Positions 1 through 9,452 of a stretch of DNA of 39,288 bases are shown in pieces. The notes beneath the pieces were generated by a model. It did no database searches. It was not told where the DNA came from and was given only the letters and a program-made list of their open reading frames with translations. Both the position numbers and the translations under genes were made by a program. The stretch's first letter is position 1. Each line of letters starts with the position of its first letter. Source of the stretch: Thermoplasmata archaeon. GTDB lineage: Archaea > Thermoplasmatota > Thermoplasmata > Thermoplasmatales > ARK-15. The DNA lies in assembly GCA_023261745.1 (NCBI GenBank), contig JAGDXR010000040.1, positions 4,682 through 43,969 of the forward strand, read 5' to 3'.

Positions 1-44
1 GACTGAAGATCTGGAGGCCGCTGGTTCGATCCCGGCCCACGGCA
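1..44 (+). tRNA. tRNA-Phe(GAA), 3' part (5' end outside window)
   Basis: Anticodon loop CT-GAA-GA, then TCTGG stem strand, T-arm GCTGG-TTCGATC-CCGGC and acceptor strand CCACGGC plus discriminator A; CCA not encoded. Confidence 0.9.
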
Positions 45-128
45 TTATCATTTTTATATAAAAATATGATCATATTCCTTAATTTAAAAAGGTTAAGTTT
101 ATTATATAATTCAAATTTCCTAACTCTC

Positions 129-380
129 ATGGATTTGAATGTCATAGGATATATCGCAGGTATTTTAACAACAGGCTCATTCATACCTCAATCAATGAAG
201 ATATGGAAAGAAAAAAATGCAAAGGAGGTATCGTTGCTTATGTACATAATAATATCAACTGGTATATTTTTATGGTTTTTGTATGGCCTGCTGACATCAA
301 ATTATCCTGTAATATTCGCAAATGCTGTTTCGCTTGCGATTTCGCTGTCAATTTTAATTGGAAAAATAAAATTTAAATAA
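129..380 (+). CDS. SemiSWEET/PQ-loop family sugar transporter (83 aa)
   Basis: GYIAGILTTGSFIPQ PQ-loop motif, three hydrophobic helices, LWFLYG and PVIFAN motifs. Start moved to ATG 129 because the upstream extension is AT-rich, promoter-like sequence. Confidence 0.88.
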   Translation: MDLNVIGYIAGILTTGSFIPQSMKIWKEKNAKEVSLLMYIIISTGIFLWFLYGLLTSNYPVIFANAVSLAISLSILIGKIKFK

Positions 381-381
381 T

Positions 382-1485
382 TTAAATATTATCAATATCA
401 GCATTTAATTTTGATACCTTTTTTGTCAGATCCTGCATATTTTCTCCTTTCTGCCCTATGACGTAGGGGCTCTTTACACCCGTCAATACTATAAGAACCC
501 TTATAACATCCTCGAGCTCAGGATCTATGCTTGCCCCCCATATAAGCCTTGCATTCGGACTAATGTTTTTCTGAATAATTTCTGCAGCTTTCTGTGCCTC
601 GGATACAGACATGTGAGGATCCCCGACAACCCTTACAAGAGCTCCCTTTGCATCCTTAATATCTGCCTCGATAAGTGGCGAATTTATTGCCTCCTGAACT
701 GCTTCCTCTACTCTGTTATGGCTATCATCGGATTCACCGATTCCAATCATGGCGATTCCTGCATCCTTCATTATTGTCTTTATATCGGCAAAATCAATGT
801 TGACAAGGCCTGGTTTTGTTATAATTTCGGTCAATCCCTTCAATGCTACCATGAGAATTTCATCGGCCACTTTGAACGCCTGATCTAGAGGAAGCTTTGG
901 CACGTACTCCAGTAACTTGTCGTTTGGAATTACAATTGTTGTATCGCAATACCTCCTTAATCTGTCCAGACCGTAGAGTGCCTGATCCATTCTGAGTTTT
1001 CCCTCAGCTGAAAATGGAAGGGTTACAACACCTATTATAAGAACGCCGGGATTTATTTCCCTTGCTATTTTAGCCACATACGGGGCGGATCCTGTTCCCG
1101 TACCCCCACCCATACCTGCTGTGATGAAAAGTATATCCGTTTTTGACAACGCATTCCTGAGTTCCTCATCTGTTTCCTGAGCAGCCATCTCCCCTATTCT
1201 GGGGTCAGCACCAGCACCAAGTCCCTTTGTAAGCCTTTTTCCTATTAGTATTTTTTTATTTGCCTTGACCCTCAGTAAATGCTGGGCATCCGTATTTACT
1301 GCAATCAGTTCAGTCCCAATGATTCCTGAATCAAATAATCTATTTATGGTATTTGATCCTCCGCCTCCACAGCCAACAATCTTAATGCTTACCTTTAAAT
1401 TCTCTACAAATTTCCTCAATTCCTCATCGTCGGGAGAAATTATATTTCTAGCTTCATTCTGATTATTATCTGCCATTTTTACCAC
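382..1485 (-). CDS. ftsZ: Cell division protein FtsZ (FtsZ1-like)
   Basis: [20 protein letters not shown], tubulin signature GGGTGTG, T7 loop GLVNIDFAD. Confidence 0.97.
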   Translation of the reverse strand: MVKMADNNQNEARNIISPDDEELRKFVENLKVSIKIVGCGGGGSNTINRLFDSGIIGTELIAVNTDAQHLLRVKANKKILIGKRLTKGLGAGADPRIGEMAAQETDEELRNALSKTDILFITAGMGGGTGTGSAPYVAKIAREINPGVLIIGVVTLPFSAEGKLRMDQALYGLDRLRRYCDTTIVIPNDKLLEYVPKLPLDQAFKVADEILMVALKGLTEIITKPGLVNIDFADIKTIMKDAGIAMIGIGESDDSHNRVEEAVQEAINSPLIEADIKDAKGALVRVVGDPHMSVSEAQKAAEIIQKNISPNARLIWGASIDPELEDVIRVLIVLTGVKSPYVIGQKGENMQDLTKKVSKLNADIDNI

Positions 1486-1577
1486 CTTAATAATTCATTT
1501 CGAACAATATAAATCTAAAATATATATTTTTCTTTAAAATATCCTTATCAATTTGAATAATGATATAAGAATAATAG

Positions 1578-4130
1578 TCAATCGTTTTCAATATTTTTTA
1601 CATATTCGAACGCATCGTTGAATATAGACCTTATTCCTGATTTATTGAGTCTATTTATATTATCCAGACCAATTTTCAGTATCTTGGTATCCTTTGAATA
1701 TTTAGCCATGTAAAGCCCAAAAATGACCATGTGTTTTATTGATACGAATCTGGCTTCAGTATCTTCAATTTCCTTTATTATCTGCATGAATCTGTTGGCA
1801 TTGGATCTGGTAAAATTGAGTTCAAGATCAAGTAAATCCAACCTCAGATTTACTAGCTTTAAACTGTTTATGTTTGGCAGATTCCTGATCCTTTCAATAT
1901 TTTCCAGAAGTTCCCTTGTGCTCTCTTCATTGCTAAAAAATGAATAATAGGCAAGATCCTCCAGGTAAGAAACATAATCATTCATCGAAAGCATTTTTAT
2001 TTTTTCCTTGCCTGTTTCCCAGAAATATTTCCATTCTTCAAGATAATTTTTTATTCTCCCGCTGTAAAATTCAATCATCGCTTTGAGGTGCTTCCCGAGG
2101 TTCTGTTCTACCGGTATAGACGATTCCTTAAGCATGTTGATTTCCTCAACTTTTACCTCCTTTCCATTTATTGCATCAAGGATGGATTTATTTACATTGA
2201 ATATGATATCCGTAATTTCTTCCTTTAAATCCTTTGAAACACTTATTCCAAAATTTATGATTTCTTCAGCCTCATCATATCTGGTCTCCATAAGATAAAT
2301 GTCAAATAAATACAGAATTATGAACTTGGCCAGATCATAGTCTCCCTTTGAAAGCGCAAGTCCCATAGATTTTTTAAGAATCAGAATGGAATTTCTTAAA
2401 TCTCCTTTAATGAAATTCAGTATTCCAAGATTCGTATCCAGCGTTGTCAGAAGCGAAATCCACCAGTTCCTCTCTACTATTTCTATTGCAAGGTTGTAAT
2501 ACTGCATCCCCTTATCAAGATCGATTTCCATATATATATTACCAAGATTGTTGTAAATCGTTGCAATTTCCTTTTCCATGTTCATATTCTGAAATACTGC
2601 AAGGGCCCTTTTGTAATAATTTATGGAACTTTCGTCATTGTAATTGTAATAATAAATATTTCCTATAATTTTATAAGTGAGAGCTTCATAATATTGATCT
2701 TTACGAATTATTGAATATTTCAGTGCAGTTATTGCATAATCCAATGAAATGCTGTATTTTTCCTTTATATAATAAAGATCTGCAATATCATACAAAATTC
2801 TTGAATAATATTCAATTTCTTCATATTTTACAAGATTCAGTAATATTTTTTCGGCCTCATCAAGCCTGCTTGTGTGCAGAGATGCTTCGGCAAGATATAA
2901 ATCGTATTTTATATCTTCGGGTTTTAAATTCTTAAGCTGGTTTGCAACCCTGTACGCCTTTCCAAAGTATTCTTCCTCAATGTATAAATTGAAAAGATAA
3001 TCCATGAGATCTTCATTTATTTCTATTGAATTGCATATTTCACAGTATTTTATGCTTTTCATTTTCTTTATCAGGCTTGATTTGCATAGGAATTCTCTGA
3101 CTTTATCGTATCTTTTTGCTATGTAATATACTTCTGAAGCTTCGAGGATTCTTCCCTTTGTTTCAAGGTACATGCCGAGATTCAAAGCCAGGAATTCTAT
3201 TTTCTTTTCATCGAATGATTCAATCAGAGAATATGTTGATAAATAATATTTATCATCGAACCTGTTAAGAATTTTTTTATCAACCAGGCCGTTTAAAATT
3301 TTTTCCGCATTTTCTTTTGTTTCATTCATTAGATATAAAAGGTCATTTATGGATATTTTTCCCTTTAGCAGATTGATGTATATTATTATATCCTTTTCCT
3401 TTTCATTAAGTTTCTCCAGCATGCTTTTCTCGAACCTGCTGTTTGTAAGAAATGCCTTGACCTCCTCCTTTACTTCATCTGTTGGAGATTTTATGAATAC
3501 CTTTTCCACAATGTAATTGAACCTTTCAAGTTCTGTTATGTAATAATTTATTATACCCATGTCTCCGTTTGAAAGTGAAAATATTGTTTCGAATATCGAT
3601 GGTGGAATTGTGTATCCCATATTCTTTAACAGTTTGTATGTTTCATTCTTGTTCAGATGTTTTAATACAATCTCCTCAGCTCCCTGTTCCTTCAGTATTT
3701 TTATTAAACCCCTGAATGGAATGCTGATTTCATCATCATCGTATATTCCCACCACCTTACCCCTGTAATCCTGGGTTAAAACCTTTATGGCCACACTGAA
3801 AAATATTGACAGCACATCATTTTCCGCTTTGTCTATTGAGTCAAAAATAAATACATAATTCTCATTTTTTAAAAAACTTTCCAGTTTCTGTATGATTGAA
3901 ATCTGGAGTATTCTCTCCGGCAATGATTGTTCTACATTTAAAAATGATGATAAAATCTGCATTGCATTTTTATTTCCCATATTTAATATTTGATATTTTG
4001 TATTTATCTGTTCTATTGCCCTTGTTGTCAGATATAATTTACCTATACCCTTTGGACCATGTATCAGTAAACATCCCGCATTGATCCCCTTGAATTTATT
4101 TACGAATTCTTCTAGAATTTCCCTAGCCAT
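1578..4130 (-). CDS. STAND-like (AAA_16/MalT-type) P-loop domain + winged helix + tetratricopeptide repeats, degenerate ATPase motifs
   Basis: Walker A-like GPKGIGKL, Walker B-like YVFIFDSIDKAE, wHTH-like LNEKEKDII...ILNGLVDKKIL, TPRs such as ALTYKIIGNIYY and IATIYNNLGNIY. Confidence 0.7.
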   Translation of the reverse strand: MAREILEEFVNKFKGINAGCLLIHGPKGIGKLYLTTRAIEQINTKYQILNMGNKNAMQILSSFLNVEQSLPERILQISIIQKLESFLKNENYVFIFDSIDKAENDVLSIFFSVAIKVLTQDYRGKVVGIYDDDEISIPFRGLIKILKEQGAEEIVLKHLNKNETYKLLKNMGYTIPPSIFETIFSLSNGDMGIINYYITELERFNYIVEKVFIKSPTDEVKEEVKAFLTNSRFEKSMLEKLNEKEKDIIIYINLLKGKISINDLLYLMNETKENAEKILNGLVDKKILNRFDDKYYLSTYSLIESFDEKKIEFLALNLGMYLETKGRILEASEVYYIAKRYDKVREFLCKSSLIKKMKSIKYCEICNSIEINEDLMDYLFNLYIEEEYFGKAYRVANQLKNLKPEDIKYDLYLAEASLHTSRLDEAEKILLNLVKYEEIEYYSRILYDIADLYYIKEKYSISLDYAITALKYSIIRKDQYYEALTYKIIGNIYYYNYNDESSINYYKRALAVFQNMNMEKEIATIYNNLGNIYMEIDLDKGMQYYNLAIEIVERNWWISLLTTLDTNLGILNFIKGDLRNSILILKKSMGLALSKGDYDLAKFIILYLFDIYLMETRYDEAEEIINFGISVSKDLKEEITDIIFNVNKSILDAINGKEVKVEEINMLKESSIPVEQNLGKHLKAMIEFYSGRIKNYLEEWKYFWETGKEKIKMLSMNDYVSYLEDLAYYSFFSNEESTRELLENIERIRNLPNINSLKLVNLRLDLLDLELNFTRSNANRFMQIIKEIEDTEARFVSIKHMVIFGLYMAKYSKDTKILKIGLDNINRLNKSGIRSIFNDAFEYVKNIEND

Positions 4131-4217
4131 CCATATGTAATTGATTTTATCATATAAAAATTTTAAACGGTATCAGTTTCGATATATTTTAATACATTGA
4201 ATTAATCATGCTAACAT

Positions 4218-4445
4218 ATGGATCAAATAGAAAAGCCACTTCACGTTCTCCAAAATATGCTGAATAAAAATATATTTGTGGTAGTCAGAGGAAATAAGGA
4301 ATACAGAGGCACCCTTGTGGGATATGATGTTCATCTAAACCTTGTTTTTAAAGATGCAGAGGAAGTTATTGAAAGTCAGAACAAAGGAATTTTTTCAGTA
4401 ATGATAGTAAGAGGAGATAATGTTATATATATTTCTCCATCATAA
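4218..4445 (+). CDS. Sm/LSm-like archaeal protein (SmAP)
   Basis: Sm1 motif GTLVGYDVHLNLV, Sm2 motif IVRGDNVIYISP; adjacent to rpl37e, the usual context. Confidence 0.95.
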   Translation: MDQIEKPLHVLQNMLNKNIFVVVRGNKEYRGTLVGYDVHLNLVFKDAEEVIESQNKGIFSVMIVRGDNVIYISPS

Positions 4446-4459
4446 AGAGGTGAAAAATA

Positions 4460-4624
4460 ATGGGATCTGGCACACCAGCAATGGGTAAGAAAAATAAAAA
4501 CAAGACGCATATAGTCTGTAGGAGATGCGGTCACAGAACATATAACGTCAGAGAAAAGAGGTGTTCACACTGTGGATTTCCTGCTCCGAGAATCAGAAGA
4601 TATAACTGGGCAAAAAGGAAATGA
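4460..4624 (+). CDS. rpl37e: 50S ribosomal protein eL37 (54 aa; not in ORF track)
   Basis: Manual translation MGSGTPAMGKKNKNKTHIVCRRCGHRTYNVREKRCSHCGFPAPRIRRYNWAKRK; C4 zinc finger; SD GAGGTG upstream. Confidence 0.97.
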   Translation: MGSGTPAMGKKNKNKTHIVCRRCGHRTYNVREKRCSHCGFPAPRIRRYNWAKRK

Positions 4625-6017
4625 AAAGTGCGGAGTGGCAGGAGTAAGGACAAAGGAAAACAATTCTCCATTATATTTATATTATATTTTGAGATCCCTG
4701 CAGCACAGGGGTCAGGAATCTGTTGGTATAGCAGTATTTTCTGAAAAAATACAGATCATCAAGGGAATGGGTCTGGTTCATGAAATTCTTAACCCTGAAA
4801 CATTAAAAAAGGTGAAATCCAATTCCGGTATAGGGCATGTGAGGTATTCCACGGCCGGAGGATCAACAATCTCAAATGCACAGCCCCTTTTTGCTCATAC
4901 TAATATCGGGGATATTGCCATTGCGCATAATGGTGAGATAACCAACGCTCAGGAATTGAGGGAAATGCTTGAAAGCAATGGAGTTTCATTCAATTCCGAC
5001 TCGGATACAGAAGTTATTCTGAGATTGCTTTCATACAACATTTTAAAGAGTCATAACCTGATAGACGCAATAAAAAGAACAATGAATAGCCTTATAGGTT
5101 CATATTCTCTTGGTCTAATGATTAACAACAGAATTTTTGCGATAAGGGACCCACTTGGGATAAGGCCACTGATCCTGGGAACATTTCCGGATGGAATAGG
5201 ATTTGCATCTGAAAGTGTTGCATTTGATGTACTTGGGGGTAAAGTAATCAGGGATGTAAGACCTGGAGAAATTGTGGAAATACTCAATAGCATGGATCTG
5301 GCAACTTACAAATTTGGCCCTCAGGAAAAACACCCCGCACACTGCATGTTTGAATATGTATATTTTGCAAGGGCAGACAGTATAATAGATGAAAGATCTG
5401 TTTATTCTGTAAGGTTTAAGCTGGGTGAAATTCTAGCTGAAGAAAGCCCGGTTGATGCTGATGTTGTTGTTCCTGTTCCTGACAGCGGAAGGACTCATGC
5501 ACTCGGTTTTTCTCACAGATCTGGAATTCCTTTTGAAGAAGGATTGATGAAAAACAGGTATGTTGAAAGAACATTCATCATGCCCGATCAGTCGGGGAGA
5601 GTTCAGGAAATAATGCTTAAACTGAATCCTGTTAAACATGTGATTAATGGGAAGAGGGTTATTCTTGTTGATGATAGTATAGTCCGTGGCAATACCATGA
5701 AAAAGATCGTCTCCCTGCTCAGGGATTCTGGGGCAAGGGAAATACATGTAAGGATCGGGTCTCCACCCATAATAGCACCCTGCTATCTCGGTGTTGATAT
5801 GAAAACCAGGGACCAGTTCATAGCTGCTGGAAAAAATGTTGAGGAAATAAGAAAAATTATTAATGCAGATTCACTTGCATACATCTCCCTTAATGGCCTT
5901 ATCAGGGCCATAGGTTTCGATGAGGATGACCTCTGCCTAGGATGTCTTACAGAAATATATCCTGTAAAGATAAAAAATGAAAAGTTCCGCGGTCAGAAAA
6001 ACATAGAATCATTCTAA
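4572..6017 (+). CDS. purF: Amidophosphoribosyltransferase
   Basis: Ntn-type propeptide-EKCG, LQHRGQES, GHVRYST, PRPP motif VILVDDSIVRGNT, Fe-S cysteines (CMFE, PCYLG, CLGC). The GTG start lies inside rpl37e. Confidence 0.96.
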   Translation: MDFLLRESEDITGQKGNEKCGVAGVRTKENNSPLYLYYILRSLQHRGQESVGIAVFSEKIQIIKGMGLVHEILNPETLKKVKSNSGIGHVRYSTAGGSTISNAQPLFAHTNIGDIAIAHNGEITNAQELREMLESNGVSFNSDSDTEVILRLLSYNILKSHNLIDAIKRTMNSLIGSYSLGLMINNRIFAIRDPLGIRPLILGTFPDGIGFASESVAFDVLGGKVIRDVRPGEIVEILNSMDLATYKFGPQEKHPAHCMFEYVYFARADSIIDERSVYSVRFKLGEILAEESPVDADVVVPVPDSGRTHALGFSHRSGIPFEEGLMKNRYVERTFIMPDQSGRVQEIMLKLNPVKHVINGKRVILVDDSIVRGNTMKKIVSLLRDSGAREIHVRIGSPPIIAPCYLGVDMKTRDQFIAAGKNVEEIRKIINADSLAYISLNGLIRAIGFDEDDLCLGCLTEIYPVKIKNEKFRGQKNIESF

Positions 6018-6839
6018 TTTTTTCATTTTTTCCTTTACTTCATTTATAAAATTTTCATCGATTTCTTTTCTGTAAAAATCGATCCTTGACGCTATGGCAA
6101 TTTTATTGGCAAGCCACCTTGCATTCCTCCCACGATTTTTGCTTCCGTGGACGAATGGATGCCTGAATATGATCCCGTGTTTCGGACCCAGTCTCCCAGA
6201 TTTTTTTGATATGTAATAGGATTTTCCTGCACCCATGATCTGTATTCTGGAAGAGGGCATCATGGATAATGAATGAAGACCGCCAGTAAGGGAAATAAGT
6301 TCCGCTCCAAGTATTGGACCGGCTACAAACGAGAGATTGGGAGCATACCTTTCCATTATGCTTTTTACCGATTTCTCGATGGTGTTTTCAATGCCCTTTA
6401 AATCTTCATATTCTTTCTTAAGGGTATTTATGATTTCGGATTTATTTTCTTCATCTGAAATGAATTCTTTGATAAACTTCTCCTCTCCCTTTTTATATTT
6501 TCCCGTTGGATCCAGGGATTCAAATATATCAAGGAGAAGCATCCTGTACTGATTCAGAATCCTTTTATAATTTTCCATTGATTTTGTCAGGGAAATCAAA
6601 AATTCCTCTGTTTTGTCAAAACCTTTAATTTTCCTGTAACCTAGGCTTATCAGTGCCTGCCTTAAGAGATCGTTTGAATCCCTCTGCCTGAATTCAATTT
6701 CACACCCTTCACAGAATTCTCCTAACATTCCATTCTCTATTTTCATGAAAATTTCCGCAAGCTTTTCCGGCTCGGCCGGAAAATTGATTATTTTGCCATC
6801 CTGTTCAATATGGTCCCAGTAAATGTATGCCCGTTTCAT
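6009..6839 (-). CDS. nop5: Nop5/Nop56-58 family box C/D RNP protein (compact)
   Basis: Nop domain motifs APNLSFVAGPILGAELI, PSSRIQIMGA, PKHGIIF, KIAIASRIDF. Confidence 0.88.
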   Translation of the reverse strand: MKRAYIYWDHIEQDGKIINFPAEPEKLAEIFMKIENGMLGEFCEGCEIEFRQRDSNDLLRQALISLGYRKIKGFDKTEEFLISLTKSMENYKRILNQYRMLLLDIFESLDPTGKYKKGEEKFIKEFISDEENKSEIINTLKKEYEDLKGIENTIEKSVKSIMERYAPNLSFVAGPILGAELISLTGGLHSLSMMPSSRIQIMGAGKSYYISKKSGRLGPKHGIIFRHPFVHGSKNRGRNARWLANKIAIASRIDFYRKEIDENFINEVKEKMKKLE

Positions 6840-7714
6840 TTATCCTTCCATCCCCTGGGATATTCCCCTCTTTCTATCAGTACAGCATCCATTATCAGTA
6901 TTTTTCCGTTTTCCCTTCCCGTTGGAAACCCATATCCAACAAGCCTGCCTGATGATGTCAAAACACCCGCAGGATAACCGGCTTTTAAAACTCCTTCCAA
7001 TTTCAGTATTCCAGCATCGTATAGGGGAGCACCGTTCGCAAGTGCATCCACCGCTGAATCCTTTACCCATACCTTTGGAAATGGTTTTATGAGTTCTTCA
7101 AGCGGCCTGAGAATCTCCTTAAGATATTTATCATCACCTTCCCTGTAAAATTCAAATGCATCTACAAGATCCTGAAGATAATGGGATTCATGTTCATATA
7201 TATGCCCTGTTCTTGTCCTTCTTAATTCTATCATGTTTGCTCCAACACCCAGTGCATCACCAATGTCCGCACACAGGGTCCTTATGTACGTACCTGATTC
7301 AGTTGACGTTTTGAAAAGAACATTCAGACCGTCCTTTTCCATAAATTCCAGCGAATATATCTTCCTCCTTCTCATGGTCCTTGATACCGCAGACCTCAAT
7401 GGAACATTCTGATATATCTCTCCTGTAAATTCCCTGAATATGCTTTTTATTCTTTCTTCATCCACATTGGAATGAAGTTTCATGACACCCACATATTCTT
7501 TGTCCAGATAATGAAGAATGTTAATTATCTTCGTACCTTTATTGATACCGATCGGAAGAACACCTGTGACATGTGGATCTAGCGTACCTGCATGTCCTGC
7601 CTTTTCTACATTGAGTATCCCTTTAACCCATGAAGTAACCTGATGGCTCGTAGGACCGTGTGGCTTGTCTATAACCACATATGACCCCTTCAGTAAAACG
7701 AGGATCTCATCCAT
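6836..7714 (-). CDS. cbf5: RNA-guided pseudouridine synthase Cbf5/TruB with PUA domain
   Basis: IDKPHGPTSHQV, GHAGTLDP (catalytic Asp), GTYIRTLC, LRRTRTG, PUA region KDSAVDALANGA. Confidence 0.95.
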   Translation of the reverse strand: MDEILVLLKGSYVVIDKPHGPTSHQVTSWVKGILNVEKAGHAGTLDPHVTGVLPIGINKGTKIINILHYLDKEYVGVMKLHSNVDEERIKSIFREFTGEIYQNVPLRSAVSRTMRRRKIYSLEFMEKDGLNVLFKTSTESGTYIRTLCADIGDALGVGANMIELRRTRTGHIYEHESHYLQDLVDAFEFYREGDDKYLKEILRPLEELIKPFPKVWVKDSAVDALANGAPLYDAGILKLEGVLKAGYPAGVLTSSGRLVGYGFPTGRENGKILIMDAVLIERGEYPRGWKDK

Positions 7715-8229
7715 CTTTCAAAGGCACCCTCTATCCTTCCTGTAACCTCTCCAACACCCATATTGTCCGTATTAAGAACAATATCATAAATTGATAGGTC
7801 ATCTATATTTATTCCATAATATTCCATATACCTTTTCCTTTCGCTCTCCTCCCTCATGATTACATCCTCAGGCCTTATACCTGAATCCCTCTGGATTATC
7901 CTCTTTATTCTTGTTTCCCTGCTTGCATCAATATAAACCTTAAATGCATTGATGTTATTTTTAAAAGCAAGCCATCCTGATAGCCTGGAATCCACCACAA
8001 TATCATCATCCTTTTTAATTGTATCAAGAAGAAAATCATCTATCTTTCTGTCAATTTCCCTGTCCTTTTCAGCATACCTTGAAAATTCCTCAATCGTCAT
8101 TCCCTTTTCCATTGCCATGCTCCTGAAAATCTCTCCTCCAGAGATGTATCTGAAATTTAAATTTTTTGAAAGTTCTTTTGAAACCGTTGTTTTACCGGAT
8201 CCTGGGGGGCCAGATATTGTTATTATCAT
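7690..8229 (-). CDS. cmk: Cytidylate kinase (archaeal type)
   Basis: ITISGPPGSGKTT P-loop, VVDSRLSGW, RYMEYYGI; conserved position in the cluster. Confidence 0.93.
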   Translation of the reverse strand: MIITISGPPGSGKTTVSKELSKNLNFRYISGGEIFRSMAMEKGMTIEEFSRYAEKDREIDRKIDDFLLDTIKKDDDIVVDSRLSGWLAFKNNINAFKVYIDASRETRIKRIIQRDSGIRPEDVIMREESERKRYMEYYGINIDDLSIYDIVLNTDNMGVGEVTGRIEGAFERWMRSSFY

Positions 8230-8906
8230 TTTCTTTCCAACCTTTCAATATTTTTAAGCCTCAGTGAAAATTCATAAAGCTTGAAGATGTAGCTTATGAA
8301 ATAACCCACTGTACCAGTAAAAAACATGTAAACTATCACCCACACTGGAAATATAGACGGGCCTAGGGCTAGATCCATGCCCGATGGATATGTCCATGGC
8401 AGATATATGGACCTGTAAATTGAGGGTAAGGAAAAAATGAAATAGTATATCCATACCATTATTACAATTCCAAAAATAAATACAATCATTGTTGGTTTCA
8501 TCTGGTCATTCATTATCTTGACATTTTCCATCATGAGTTTCTGCTGAAATGACCTGACCTTTTCTATCATTGCCTTATCATTTTTCTTTATGGCTTCCCT
8601 CATAAGCTTTGATAGCTGCCTGCTCTTGTACTGAACCTTGGCCATACCGTACCAGTCGATGAAATAATGCCTTGCATACATGTTTATTACTGTTATGAGC
8701 AATCCGGTCAGGATAAGGGTGATGATTGGATATTTACCATTCAATCCAAATAATGGATAGAATATGTAATTTGCATATTCACCTATTGAATCCCTTATGC
8801 CAGGCATGCTCCATATTACCAGGGTAAGCATCATTAACATCAGATAAATAAAACTGAACCCCCCGGGTTGGGGGCCCTGATTTTTTCTGCTATTAGTGTT
8901 TTCCAT
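8226..8906 (-). CDS. DUF106 / EMC3-TMCO1 (Oxa1 superfamily) membrane protein
   Basis: TM helix, coiled coil, MKP motif, two further TMs with WVIVY; lies between adk and cmk. Confidence 0.85.
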   Translation of the reverse strand: MENTNSRKNQGPQPGGFSFIYLMLMMLTLVIWSMPGIRDSIGEYANYIFYPLFGLNGKYPIITLILTGLLITVINMYARHYFIDWYGMAKVQYKSRQLSKLMREAIKKNDKAMIEKVRSFQQKLMMENVKIMNDQMKPTMIVFIFGIVIMVWIYYFIFSLPSIYRSIYLPWTYPSGMDLALGPSIFPVWVIVYMFFTGTVGYFISYIFKLYEFSLRLKNIERLERK

Positions 8907-9447
8907 ATCCTATTTTCTCCATAAGAATCTCTGAGGCCTTTTCTGCCATGCCCTCCTCGTTTTTTATTATTACCAGAGGAGCACCCGTAAATACCGAACA
9001 TGATGCCCCGAAAGCCCTGTTGATACTCTGATGCTCCAGAAGCATTTCCGGACTGTCTTCATCCCTGTACCTGCTGTTGTCCCTTTCCCTCCTCTTTATT
9101 ATTATATCAGGATCAACCTCGATGATTACTATCATGGAGGGATTTATGGCCCTCAGTACCCACTCAGGAAGCCCTGGAAGATATCCCGATGGGGTCTTTA
9201 TAGATAGATGGGTGTCTATGAAAACATTTTCCATTTTCCCTATTCTTTCCGCAGCAAGTTTCTGTATTTCCCTCTGCTTTTCCACAGGGAGTTTCCTTAT
9301 CTCATCCCTGTTTTTTATGCCCAGTTCATTTGCAAGTTCCATCATCACGTCTCCAAAATTTATTATACCATATCCCATCTTCCTTGATGCCATATTCAGT
9401 ACCGTTGATTTTCCTACTCCCGGAACTCCAGTAACAACAACCCTCAT
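8893..9447 (-). CDS. adkA: Adenylate kinase (archaeal type)
   Basis: VVVTGVPGVGKST, DTH, GYLPGLP; start placed at ATG 9447 after SD GGTGA. Confidence 0.95.
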   Translation of the reverse strand: MRVVVTGVPGVGKSTVLNMASRKMGYGIINFGDVMMELANELGIKNRDEIRKLPVEKQREIQKLAAERIGKMENVFIDTHLSIKTPSGYLPGLPEWVLRAINPSMIVIIEVDPDIIIKRRERDNSRYRDEDSPEMLLEHQSINRAFGASCSVFTGAPLVIIKNEEGMAEKASEILMEKIGYGKH

Positions 9448-9452
9448 ACCAT

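Noticed and set aside
4621..4647. ATG overlapping the eL37 stop, as a programmed-frameshift start for purF
   Set aside because: It opens only an 8-codon ORF in the wrong frame, there is no clear slippery heptamer, and the SD-supported GTG 4572 explains purF without recoding.
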